The position numbers were made by a program, and so were the translations under genes. Shown here piece after piece: positions 11,401-22,023 of a DNA stretch of 64,000 nucleotides. The notes under the pieces were generated by a model. It was not told where the DNA came from, ran no database searches, and was given only the letters and a program-made list of their open reading frames with translations. How positions within the stretch are numbered: position 1 is the stretch's first letter; the number at the start of each line of letters is the position of its first letter. The stretch spans positions 8,184,001 to 8,248,000 of the forward strand of contig NC_081331.1 of assembly GCF_022539665.2 (NCBI RefSeq). The letters are read 5' to 3'. The stretch comes from Daphnia carinata (lineage: Eukaryota).

Positions 11401-12252
11401 GAGCTAGCCACGGAGCTGGACAAATGGAAGATTCGCCACGTCATCGCTACTGCAGAGCATCCCCAGACGAATGGATTGGTGGAGAGGCTGAACCGCACAG
11501 CCTCCAGAGCCATTTCTGGGTTTATTTCTCCTACCCATCGAGATTGGGACGAGCGGCTGTCGGATGCTGTATTCGCCATTAACTCTGCTAAACAGTCAAC
11601 GACGAAGCATTCGCCGTTTCAGCTTGTCTATGGACGACTCCCCAATAGACCGGATAACAATCTGTTTGAGTGGCCAGAAGATAGACCAGTGTCAAGGAGA
11701 AAGTTCATCAAACGTGTGGAACAATTGAGGAAGGCGGCCAGATTTAACATTATCCGTCGTCAGGACAGGACAAAATTGCTTTGCGACGCCCGCAGAAAGG
11801 CATCGAAGCCGTATTATCAAGGTGACCTTGTGCTAGTGCGTCGGATGTTAAAAAAAAAAGGTTTGACAAAGAAGTTCTTGCCAAAATATATTGGGCCATT
11901 CCAGATCGTAAAGAAAGTTGCAGAAACCACATATCTAGTGGAAGAGTTGCCATCTAGAAGGAGGAGGAAAGTGGTACGAAGGTTTAACGCTCATGTTGTG
12001 CAATTAAAGCCATTTCGAGCGAGAAGTGACGAGTGGCATGTGAGCGAACTCGACGAACCAACCGAAAGTGAAAACGACAATGAAAATAGAGGTGAAACTG
12101 AAATGACTCAAGTTGCCGTTGATCCAGTCATAGAAGAAATTCCGGCCCAGCATGTACCTGTCCCTGAATTCCCAAATCGGCCGCCAGTGAAGACAAGAAG
12201 CGGACGAATTTCCCGTCTCCCCATTATCCTCGAAGGTTTTGATCTGAATTAA
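8329..12252 (+). CDS. pol: Gypsy Pol (protease, RT, RNase H, integrase), probably translated as a Gag-Pol fusion
   Basis: Uninterrupted 1307-codon frame with LLDTGS protease, PWSSP/FCIDYR/YLDD RT, TDAS RNase H, HHCC and DDE integrase, and GPF motif. Confidence 0.97.
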   Translation: MWSVRTHQEKLSSRGGKRPGPVGWPRPALTGKHIDESSRPTQLPVIRVYIQGVGETEALLDTGSSITTVRLAVVRRIVKNKGIRILPGIRRIDNKVVRVVDEIPLQIRFKDTTVLLENVAVVEMAPFPLILGVDWLVKANINLVCKDNQIVPVFIKDLEEEADTDKTNTSIPDEVKRSLPSEEFFQDLARDLPVVRRKGSVRFRINKAVEVPGESLQMLKGSVPINFTGTGMVRFGFSAEPSKTWVVPSALVSFKNRRARVPLMNLESKPVIIKRRNCVMSIDLDLDAQIAVVPTEQKEEKDSNDGVARPVRMSCAAVSGYLRAAIREDVNTGPNLSGAEKEKVFALLDQHRRCLPTEKTQLGRAMKIQHNIDTGNSRPITSRPYRISQFERKVISEKVNEMLKDGVIQPSNSPWSSPVVLVKKKSGDHRFCIDYRRLNSVTKRDVYPLPRMDDVFDRLAGAKYFSTLDLANGYWQVPVAERDRPKTAFVTPDGLFEFKRMPFGLANAPATFQRLMDQVLNRLKWTACLVYLDDILVFGKNFEEHQIRLNLVLTALGEANLVLNMKKCLFAADEVNHLGHIVKADGIRPDPEKVSALERMEVNSVKSLRAFLGLASYYRKFIPEFSHLTAPLVTLLKKNAKWNWEERQKKAVRTLVRLLSAEPVLVHFDENLPTEIHTDASNFGLGAVLAQKADGEVKPVAFLSRALSDAEAKYHSNELECLALVWALKKFRCYLYGRPFTVRTDNSAVKWLWDKKELSGKFSRWILSLQEYDFKIEHVKGKNNVVADVLSRNLGGPEECQGTSSTEHRISCVLKSDGYTAKELAFLQQVDRELRPLTNRILANKKDPDFAIRKGVVYKKSKSKVGRKLLLMVPSILRRDLISKCHDEPSAGHLGIEKTLGRVVENYWWPRMESSVRAYVLSCMHCQFHNVPPGVPVGFLNPIPPPARPFDLIGIDHQGPLLETPSGNRHILFAIDYLTKWVEAVAVPSTATCHVIKLLREQIINRHGVPSRIISDPGSAFTSSELATELDKWKIRHVIATAEHPQTNGLVERLNRTASRAISGFISPTHRDWDERLSDAVFAINSAKQSTTKHSPFQLVYGRLPNRPDNNLFEWPEDRPVSRRKFIKRVEQLRKAARFNIIRRQDRTKLLCDARRKASKPYYQGDLVLVRRMLKKKGLTKKFLPKYIGPFQIVKKVAETTYLVEELPSRRRRKVVRRFNAHVVQLKPFRARSDEWHVSELDEPTESENDNENRGETEMTQVAVDPVIEEIPAQHVPVPEFPNRPPVKTRSGRISRLPIILEGFDLN
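8374..8421 (+). promoter_or_regulatory. -1 programmed ribosomal frameshift signal
   Basis: Slippery G GGA AAC in the gag frame (8374-8380), 7-nt spacer, then GC-rich stem-loop CCCCGTC-G-GCTGGCC-AA-GGCCAGC-GTT-GACGGGG. A -1 slip enters the pol frame. Confidence 0.85.
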
Positions 12253-12765
12253 TAGTTTTGATGGTTGATATTGATTTTGCGTCATCTGTTTTCGGAATTC
12301 ACTATTCGATTGTTTTGTTTTTTCATTTATTTATTTATTTTTTTTTTTGTTGTTTTTTTTTTTTTTTTTTTTTTTTTTTTGTTTTGTTTTGTTTTCCGCT
12401 AATTTAAATAGCGCTTTGCTCCAACCACCCATAGTTTCCCCCATCCGTGAGCTATTTTGTTTAGTTGTGTTGATCTTGATTTTGAACTCACACCCAGATG
12501 TAGGAATCGAATGCATGAGAAGGGAATGGTAAGGTTTATGTGTTGAACGGGTTGGGTATAGCTTAGGTATAAGTTTAGTTTAGTTTATCAGATTTTTTTT
12601 TTTTTTTTCGTTTGAGCGAGTAAGATTGTGGCAGGAACCTTTATTTTGTGTGGAATTTGTTATGATTGTTCAGTGCCTTTTAGCACGGGTGAAATTATTG
12701 TGGTGTTATGTATTGTTTATTATGTATGTGAATCGTGAAAAAGTCACAGGCCAGGAAAGGCCGAA

Positions 12766-13014
12766 TGTAGCGGGGTACCCCAGATACCCCGCTGACATTA
12801 CGACAAGTCCCTTTTCTCCCCCTCTCTAGATGTCACGTCTGATGACACCCTTTTTCTCTTACCCTCACCATCTCTCGAGCGGACACTCTGGTTAAGACTG
12901 TGAAACTGGGAACATCGCTCTTGTTGCTGAGATATTTTTTGTAATACGGGTGCCGTGCTAGGCTCCATCGTGTGTCTGAATAAAAAAAGGCTTGTGGGCC
13001 TTTATCCTGCAACA
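12766..13014 (+). repeat. 3' LTR
   Basis: TGTAGCGGGG...CCTGCAACA, preceded by purine-rich AGGCCAGGAAAGGCCGAA (12748-12765). Confidence 0.95.
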
Positions 13015-13043
13015 ATATGAATGGAAAAAGAACTATAGTCTGA

Positions 13044-15120
13044 TGATGATCTCGGCGCGGTACCATGCGCCGTACATGTAGTGATGCACTCCATAAATCT
13101 GATGGATAAAACGTTGCCCTATATACTACATGTAATTCTTCGATGGATGGTCGATGCAAGTACGAGTTACACAGCTGTTCAATGAAGTCGACGCCATCGG
13201 TGGAGAAGAGGCGAACGTTCAGGGTTCCATCGATCACGTTCGCGCAGTGTACGGTGAAGGCTTCCGATTCGACAATGACAGTTTCAAAAGCCAGTGAAAC
13301 TTCTTCTGTGAAAGCTTCTGCTCCAACTACACTGCATTTATAAGCAGCGGCAGGTTGGTGAGACACATCCACTGGTAGCCGTCGCAAATCGCTGATGTTT
13401 ACTGCGCAACTGTTGCCGTAATCCACGTAATGAACAGTGGCAGTGTCCCCGTCAACAGATTCGACAGTAGCGCGATACCAGCAACCATCGTCGGCGAAGA
13501 ACGCCAGGCAAGGCTTACCGACGGAGGCCGTATAATCTTTGCAGTTGGTGAACTCGGGATCAAGAACCAAAACGTCAATACGTTCCGAGATGCCAAAGAT
13601 CGATTTCGGTTCTAATTAAACCCAGAACTCAGTGGCTGATTTGACGTAAGGAGCTACGGCATGAGTGGAAATGATTTCCCCTGGATCGAAATTTAAATTC
13701 TGGGCCGCAAATTTTGTTTCAGTTTCCATTGGGATGCTGTCCAAGATTTTTTGTTGAATCAAGTATTGCGCCACATCGCCAATCCCGGGAACTACCGGAT
13801 CCACTTCGAATATTCCGTTGTTATCTAACAATTGATGATATTCGTTTGATATGATCACTTTATGATTAGTAAAGTAACGTTTACCTGGACCAACGGGATG
13901 GAACGATGCGGAGATCGTCTGTTCAGTTAAAAAGCAGGCGACTATGTGTTTTTGTGGATTGGGATTGAGTGGGCCGGTAACCATTTTCTTCACTCCCTTC
14001 AATTTCGAATGCCATGTCTAAAACACGAATTCGAGACTTGATTGGTTGTTACATTACGTGGTAAAAACGTAATATTCAAAGTTACCAGCTGTGGAAATTT
14101 CATGAAGCGCGGAACAATCCGTTTCAACTGCGACAATGGAGTGTCCTGGTCATTTCGGTAGTCAACAAAAAGCACTTTGGCTACGCTATCTTGAATAGCT
14201 AGAATTCGTGATCGGTAGTAACGTTCGTCTCCGGCAAAGCGAGCCACGCAAGGCAATCCAACTCTGGGTTGGTCCTCTACCAGTTCATCATGAGATAAGG
14301 GTGAATAAAACTTTTCAAGTTCATCCAATTCACTCTAGCATTTGAAGGAAAACATGTTAACCATGAATCAAAATAGCCTGAAGTTCTTTGAACAAAAGAT
14401 ATGCTTTACCTGATACGCTGAGAGATCCACTGGGCTAGTGAAGATCCTACCTGGGTTATGATACCATGCAATGTCCACATCGATTGGCGTTTCTGGTACC
14501 GGAAGATAGGTATACCCTTCACTGGGTGGTGAAAGGCATGTTGATTTTGTCATAAACAAGTCATTGATGATGATTTTAACACCTCCATTTTCATCGACCA
14601 GTTGTATGGGGTAGGCTATTTGCCTTCAGAATCGCAGGCAGCGAAAGTGGCGGTAAAAGTTTTGTCCATACTGTATTCTTTGAATTTGTTCTCTCCTTCA
14701 ATCGTCCAAGTCCGGGAGCCTTCTATTCCTTCCAGCTTGCAATGGTAAGCTAACGGTGGTAGTTGAACAAAGGACTCGTCAATATACGTTACTTGTTTCG
14801 GGGAACCCAGCTGGGTATTGCCGCAATCAACAAATAGCACGGTGAACTGAGGTGTTAAAGAAGATTCCTTCATTTCAGTTATCTTTCCGCGGTACCATTG
14901 GTTGTCTGTTTCATACTGCACTGCACAAGCAGAACCTACTTTGGCATTCAGGATGAATCCTTGAGTTTCGTCTTTGAACAAATAAAAAGAACCACAGATT
15001 AAACAAGTGACATAAGGTAACGCTACATCGCAATTTACCGGAGTACAACGTGTTCAGCATGCGAACCATGTCGGCCAGCAGCAAACTGGTTTCAATGAGA
15101 CGAACGTAGAAACTTACACC
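13044..15120 (-). pseudogene. Internal exons of a multi-Tudor gene (about 4 Tudor units), disrupted
   Basis: Spliceable exons FYVRLIE...QWYRGKI...LFVDCG, RYYRSRI...LFVDYR and CWYRATV...HYVDYG. Lesions: stop plus frameshift near 14615, CAA>TAA at 13616-13618, and an out-of-frame deletion junction near 13120. Confidence 0.85.
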
Positions 15121-15403
15121 TGTGATGCCAGAGCCATCGACGTCGGAGTCGGTTACGGAGGGTCAGCCGCGCGTTTATTGTGTGAAAGTGTACGTCACTT
15201 ATTCCGTATCTCCAAATGAGTTCTGGCTTCAACTGCAACATAACAATGACGTGCTCATTGGAATGTTGGACGAAATAGCCGATACTTACGAGGCGGATAA
15301 AGAATCATTCCGAATCAAAGGGCAACGTTTTATCCATCAGATTTATGGAGTGCATCACTACATGTACGGCGCATGGTACCGCGCCGAGATCATCAGCATT
15401 TTC
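15121..15403 (+). pseudogene. Tudor gene fragment, inverted relative to its neighbours
   Basis: VYVTYSVSPNEFWLQL...RIKGQRF...GAWYRAEIISIF; ends in filler DNA. Confidence 0.8.
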
Positions 15404-15415
15404 GTTACGTAACGT

Positions 15416-15653
15416 AACGTTGCCCTATATACCACATGTAATTCTTCGATGGATGGTCGATGCAAGTACGAGTTACATAGCTGTTCAATCAAGTCGACGC
15501 CATCGGTGGAGAAGAGGCGAACGTTCAGGGTTCCATCGATCACGTTCGCGCAGTGTACGGTGAAGGCTTCCGATTCGACAATGACAGTTTCAAAAGCCAG
15601 TGAAACTTCTTCTGTGAAAGCTTCTGCTCCAACTACACTGCATTTATAAGCAG
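15416..15653 (-). pseudogene. 238-bp inverted Tudor fragment, forming a hairpin with 15944-16181
   Basis: Near-perfect reverse complement of 15944-16181. Confidence 0.9.
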
Positions 15654-15658
15654 AGAAG

Positions 15659-16590
15659 CTGAGTTCTGGGTTCAATTAGAACCGAAATCGATCTTTGGCA
15701 TCTCGGAACGTATTGACGTTTTGGTTCTTGATCCCGAGTTCACCAACTGCAAAGATTATACGGCCTCCGTCGGTAAGCCTTGCCTGGCGTTCTTCGCCGA
15801 CGATGGTTGCTGGTATCGCGCTACTGTCGAATCTGTTGACGGGGACACTGCCACTGTTCATTACGTGGATTACGGCAACAGTTGCGCAGTAAACATCAGC
15901 GATTTGCGACGGCTACCAGTGGATGTGTCTCACCAACCTGCCGCTGCTTATAAATGCAGTGTAGTTGGAGCAGAAGCTTTCACAGAAGAAGTTTCACTGG
16001 CTTTTGAAACTGTCATTGTCGAATCGGAAGCCTTCACCGTACACTGCGCGAACGTGATCGATGGAACCCTGAACGTTCGCCTCTTCTCCACCGATGGCGT
16101 CGACTTGATTGAACAGTTGTGTAACTCGTACTTGCATCGACCATCCATCGAAGAATTACATGTGGTATATAGGGCAACGTTTTATCCATCAGATTTATGG
16201 AGTGCATCACTACATGTACGGCGCATGGTACCGCGCCGAGATCATCAGCATTTTCAAAGACTTTACAGAAGTTCGGTTCATCGATTACGGTGATACTCTC
16301 CGCGTCTCACAGGAAGATATACTCAATTTACCTGAGAAATTCTTAAACATTCCGGTCATGGCTATCCAGGGAGATTTGTCTGTGGAATGTTCGGAAGCGA
16401 CTGCAGAAAAATTCAACGACATTTGTTCCCAGTTGGAGCAAATGCTCTGGGCATCATTGGGAACGGATAATAACGGCGTGGAATTTGTGGAATCGCTTTT
16501 CATCGGGGACACCAACGTTCTCGATTTGATTGCCGTGGAAGAGCCCGTAGCTTTCCCCTACGATATCAGCCTATCTCCGATTCCCGAGGC
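15659..16590 (+). pseudogene. Tudor gene fragment (EFWVQLEP...HYVDYG... / GAWYRAE...RFIDYG...); right boundary approximate
   Basis: Two Tudor units joined out of frame near 16170. 15659-16247 is the inverse copy of 13044-13632. Confidence 0.85.
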
Positions 16591-18876
16591 CTTAGTATCT
16601 TTGTTTCTCCTTCGTCGATCTTCGCTCGGCTCCGCTGGGGGCACTACTTGAGGAGCAGCTGGCGACGAATCGCTGCGTACACTGACCGCTGGTGCTGAAA
16701 AGGACATAATGAAATAAACAACAGTCGGTGAATCAATAAAAAAAACGAAGAACTCACTATTGTTTGACACCTTCCATGTCGGGATAACCTTTTTTGAAAC
16801 CATTTTGGCAATTTCATAATTGCAGGGATCATTTGTCAATGTGACGGAATAAATTCCATTTTCACACTTTCCCATAGTAACCACAACCGACTTATCCAAG
16901 ATGGCCTCTTTCCATTCCGAGACGGACAAGGCCACATCACCCTCTAGCCTGCAATGTATGCCGAAAGGAGGATGGCGGAAGCGCGTCAAACCTTCAAGGG
17001 GAGCAAGGATTTGGCATCGGGGCACCTCAAGAAGATTTCCGTAATCGATGAAGTGAATTTCTGCGTCATTCACCATCTCCTTGGTTATCTGAATGCGATA
17101 GAAATTGTTGTCTTCTTCCCACAAAACTACGCCGTAATGGCCAAGATGGCTTCTAACATCTGCATACAGAAGTGGGGAATTGGGATTAGAAGCATACACT
17201 GCCGTGAGCTCCGAAACCATATCATTCAGACTGTCGACGGGGATGTTCTCAAACTGTCCAAAAAAACAGCCGGGGTTCTCTGGATGGATCACGCAAAGGC
17301 TTTCTTCCAAATCTAATTGAACTGGAGAAATCTGTTGATGGATGTAAACAAATTCGAAAGTTACACAACTGTTTGAAAGCATGCAAATTCTGATTATACT
17401 TACATCCGTAACGCACGTAGGGACCACATTGCTCTTCGGTGGTGTTGATGGGCTTGAGGCGACGGTTTGAAATTTTGTTGCGAGAAGGTTCGACTGAATC
17501 GAAACAAGAACTTCCTGTAAACTATGGCCGTTGGGGCCGTAGAGATTTACTTTCTGTTTCCCCTCATCATCTTCCACAACTTCGACTTGCAGATAGTCGG
17601 CTGAGTTCACTAATGCAGTGAATATTTCTTTCAGGCCAGTGAGTTTCAAAACTTCTTCCACACCAAATAAAGACACTCGATAAGCAAACAAGCGGGGCAT
17701 CAGCAATTCATCCGGGATGTGGCAAATCAAAGAAAGGCTAACCGGCTCTTGCGTTCCAATATCGACGAAATAAACAGTACAACTGCATAGGTTACCACAC
17801 TCGTTGACGCCTGCGATCAATCCGCGATGGAAAAGCTTATCGGTAGGAGAAACTGCAATACATAGGGTACCCAGCTTCGGTTTTCCATGCATCGGACGGC
17901 TAACTACAGTGTTGAGTTTTTTGCGTAAGCTCATAAGATCTTTGACTTCACTTTTCAGTTGGACATAGAATTTTAGAGGTCCGTTGGGAATGTGTGTTAC
18001 GATGACATCGTGCCTTCCGCAGTGAGGTATATCGTTTGTTACGAACGCTCTGGGAGGGATTGGCGATTGTTTCGAGGAGTAGCTTGTCGTCACCGTAAAA
18101 GCAGGGTGTTGGTCACGATAAGTAGATGGGATGGCGAGCGCAGGTGGTAGTGTGTTGTTGGCGGCCGAACTGTTGCCTCCTATTTGGCCAATGTTGGCAG
18201 CAGCCGTCATGAAGGCAGGTTGTCTTTCGAGCACATCACACATGTTTAATGCTTCATGGTATGTCTGTGCGGCTACACCCAATCCTTGTTGAATCATCAA
18301 GGATGCCAAAAGTTGATTGTTAGAGTCAAAGAGCCGCACACCTTGGTGTTCACCATACATCCCCATTGGTGCAGCTTTCCATGTTCTGTTTTCCACATTA
18401 ATTTTTAAGAACATCATGGCAGGCTCACTCCACTGAGAATGATCTCCAGGTCCACGTGGGGCTACCATATCAACAAGGATGAATTTACTTGCCAAAGGAG
18501 GCCACTCTATAATGTGTTTAGCCTCATGCCCAGGAATATCTAATGTTCGAACAAAGGCTAAAGGAACAGAGTGAGTATCTCCAGAATCAATGCAAAAAAC
18601 TTCAATTGTGCCTGAATGACTGAGTTTGAGTTCGCGCACTCTTGCCCTGTGCCACTGGTGATTCATCAGCAAACAACAAACTTGATCCAACATATTTAGA
18701 TTCAACGGGGGAGGCATTATTTCCAGAAAATGTCGGACAGATTCGAGATATTTTTCCATTAACAAATACAGGCTTCGGTCGTGGGTCATCCCCCAGAAAT
18801 AGACACATGGTCCTTGACGACCTCGGGGGGAATCATCAATGTGAGTTACACGTACTAGCATACTAGCACCCACCAT
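16558..18876 (-). pseudogene. Multi-Tudor-domain gene, N-terminal part, copy B (open but 3'-truncated by the rearrangement)
   Basis: Three Tudor units, including NFYRIQI...HFIDYGN. The 774-aa ORF reads through two stop-free in-frame introns (17332-17403 GTAAGT..CAG; 16695-16757 GTGAGT..TTTTCAG), then runs into opposite-strand Tudor sequence. It could still encode a truncated protein. Confidence 0.8.
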
Positions 18877-19216
18877 TTTCAAGCACTGGCTAGATTTACA
18901 TGAAATCTCTGCAATATCACAAGATTTAAGTTAGAACGACTGAACACTTATCATTGTAACAACAATGACCACAACGATAAGCGAGGAACAACCCACGCTT
19001 GGCACTGGTCATGGCCTACTATAATAACGGCCAGCAAGCGCGCAATACCCCCTGCGCCTAAAACTGAATTGCCAGAGGGGCCTAATACCCCAAATCGAAG
19101 TCCACTTTCTACAGCTTCATCCCACCCATTCCAATTTCTTTTACTTTTCCCACTGATTGGCAATGGTGGAGAGGTACTACTGTCGTAGTACCAAACAGTG
19201 GAAAGTGGAGCTCGGT
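17164..19216 (-). repeat. Right arm of the ~2-kb inverted duplication
   Basis: Reverse complement of 4794-6764. Confidence 0.95.
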
Positions 19217-21863
19217 GTTGCATCAATTCTCTCTCGTTAACCGTAAACAAGCAAAATGGCTACGTAATTTCAAAGAAAAAAGAATCTGAAGAACAGATGG
19301 CTTGGTATACAAAGAAATTCTTACACCGTGGTCATCATAAGTCATCTGTCATCGGTCCACTTGACATCACCTCTATTCTGATTCGTATCTGGAAAACGGT
19401 AAGCTATCAGTCGTGCAATCACTGACAATTAATAGTTTTCGTCTGTTATTATTGTGGTTGTGTTGTATTATTTATGACCGCAGCTCTATTTGGTTCCTTT
19501 AATCTAGATGGTTCGTAATTATAAGCGAAAACGGTCACATTCTCCGCCAAAAGAAGAGATAATGCATCGCGCTGTAACTTCTGTGTTAGCGGGAGGACAT
19601 TCGATACGGCATGCCAGTTCATTTTTCAATGTTAAGAATTCCACTTTGGGCAGGTATTTGAAGACATTTCGCGAAAGTGGTCCTCCGCTTTCAACACAAC
19701 GTGGTATGCGACTGGAACATGCTCGTCAAATTATTCCGATTGGGTTCGAGATGGAATTGGCCAATTATTTGAAGACTTGCTGTTTGATGAGCCACGGCCT
19801 AACTCCAAGAGAATCCTGGTGCTTAGCCTTTAAATTTGACATCGCTAACGGTTTAACCGTGCCAACAAATTGGATAGAGAAAGAAAAGGCATCCGAAGAT
19901 TGGTTTGCGTATTTTTTAAAACGCAACCCGTCTTTGTCTATCCGCGCACCCGAGGCGACAAGTCAGGTACGTGCCAGTGCATTTAACGCACTCGTTGTAG
20001 ACAAGTTTTTCGATAATTTAATTGAAGTCATGACCAAATATCGCATCCGACCCGGCCGGATCTGGAACACGGATGAGACGGGCATTCCAACTGTCTTGTC
20101 ACCACCGAATGTTGTCGCTACAAAGGAATTAAAGCAAGTCCAACAAACGGTTTCGGCTGAGCGTGGAGTAACCACTACAATAGTTGGCTTCATCTGTGAT
20201 GCTGGAACTCATTGTCCACCCGTCTACGTATTCCCCCGTAAAAACTTCCTTTCGTCAATGTCTTCTCATGGATCACCTGGTTGTCTTGGTATTGCCCATC
20301 CTAGTGGTTGGATCAACGCCGACACTTTTTTGATGGCACTTCAGCACTTCAAGAAGTTTGTTGATTGTTCCGTCGACAATCCTATTCTCCTTCTACTTGA
20401 CAACCACAGCAGCCACATGGACTACAAAGTTATATGTTTCGCAAAGGAAAGCGGAATTCATATGTTGACGTTTCCGCCACACTGCTCTCATCGGCTGCAG
20501 CCGTTGGACATCGCCGTCTTCGGTCCATTTAAATCTGCTTTAAGAAACAGGTTTCAAGATTGGCTGAATCTTAATCCCGGCAAAAGAATCAGCATTCACG
20601 ATGTTGCGGAGTTGACTCGGGATCCTTATTTGTTGTCATTTACTCCAGAGAACATCATATCGGGTTTTAAGAACAGCGGCATTTCCCCTTTCAATAGAGG
20701 CATTTTCCCTGCTTCGCTCTATACGCCGTCGTTTGCCACTGATCGCCCGATTGGTAAGATTAAATCTTAAGTTATTTTGATTTATATTATTCTGAAAATC
20801 AATTTATTTATTATAGAGTCGCTGTCGACCGATCCGTCGGAACCGTTGTTTCCTCCAGCGGCGCCTGAGACAGATTTATCGGTTCCGCATTCTCCTGAAG
20901 AAGCGCTACCAAACGATCTGATCGTCTTTCAAGTTCTGTCAACGCCCGCTCGGACCGGATCTAATGGTGTTTCTAGTCCGATTGTGCTCCCGGTAAATGT
21001 GATACCGTTTCCTAGGGTTAGCTCAATCTCTAGTGTGAGTGGAAGGCAGAGGACACAGGGCCGGACGAGGATACTTACGACCACACCGGAGAAAAATGCG
21101 AAGATCGAAGAGGCTACCAACAGAAAAACACGCAAGCCTCCCGCTCGTCAATTGGGTAAAAAACTTAGGCAGCCAATAGTCAATGATGAAAACAACTTGC
21201 GTAAAGAAGAAGAGGAACATTGAACATTGACTCTGATCCCCTATATCGCCCAGTCTATATCGCACCCGCGCCAACAAGAACACGTTCCAGTCGCCAGACT
21301 AAAGCTAATCCGCGACCGGATATACAAATTTAATTATTGTTACTATGTTAATTTTGTACAAAACATATTACAACTCAGCTGTGATTTTATATTATGAGTT
21401 TTCATCATTCCTATTTTGGTATTTAAATGTTTTTTAACACTGACCTCCCTTTTTGTCGTTTCCTCTGGGCAATTTTCTAGTCTACAGCAACTTAAAAATA
21501 TTCTCGCCGATCGGTTTAGCAAACCATGCCAAACTATATACTGGCTGGTTTGTAATAAGACAACGTAATTGAAAACATTGTTTCAAAAATTTTAGGACCA
21601 ACCAGTAACACGATATTGGCTCTGTCCTAAGTTACCCCAGGTCCGTCCCAAGTTACCCCGGTGATCGAGTAAGTCAAACAATTTTAAGCCAATTTCTTAT
21701 TTTTTTCTTGCCACTAAAATTTAAAATATTTTCCAGAAAAAAATTCAGTATATAAATTAAGAAAGTGTGGTTTTTATGGAAAAGAGATTTTTTTAAAATC
21801 TATCATTAGTCAAGAGTTTTTTGACGAAAAAGAAACGCGTCCCAATTAGCCCCGGTCTCCCCC
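19217..21863 (+). mobile_element. pogo/Fot1-like Tc1-mariner-superfamily transposon lacking its left TIR
   Basis: Transposase ORF; right end GTCCCAATTAGCCCCGGTCTCCCC followed by TA; subterminal GTCC(C/T)AAGTTACCCC repeats at ~21623-21660. No matching left TIR before the breakpoint at 19216. Confidence 0.85.
19508..21223 (+). CDS. pogo-like DDE_1 transposase (two exons, intron 20754-20816)
   Basis: N-terminal HTH-like region, WNTDETG, LLLLDNHSSH, LQPLDIAVFGPFK. A GTAAGA..TTATAG intron joins the 420-aa ORF in frame to 20817-21223. Confidence 0.88.
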
Positions 21864-22023
21864 TACTGCTAAAGCTTCGTTTTCTTTGGTACCGTATTTT
21901 GTCTCAGCTTTTTTTAATTGTCTACTAGAATATAATAATATAATATAATAATAATATATAGAATATAAAGTATGCGATCGGATGTTCATGGCCATTTTTT
22001 ATTTGCGAAAATGCCACTCCTAT

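Larger units (their letters stand above)
6765..13014 (+). mobile_element. Full-length Ty3/gypsy LTR retrotransposon
   Basis: TG...CA LTRs at 6765-7024 and 12766-13014, PBS, purine-rich tract before the 3' LTR, gag, and pol in PR-RT-RH-IN order. Confidence 0.97.

Noticed and set aside
12253..12765. env-like third ORF in the gypsy element
   Set aside because: Only a T-rich untranslated tract with short low-complexity ORFs.
12833..13570. 245-aa ORF as a real Tudor-LTR fusion gene
   Set aside because: It starts at TTG downstream of a nonsense codon, crosses a frameshifting junction and ends in antisense LTR.
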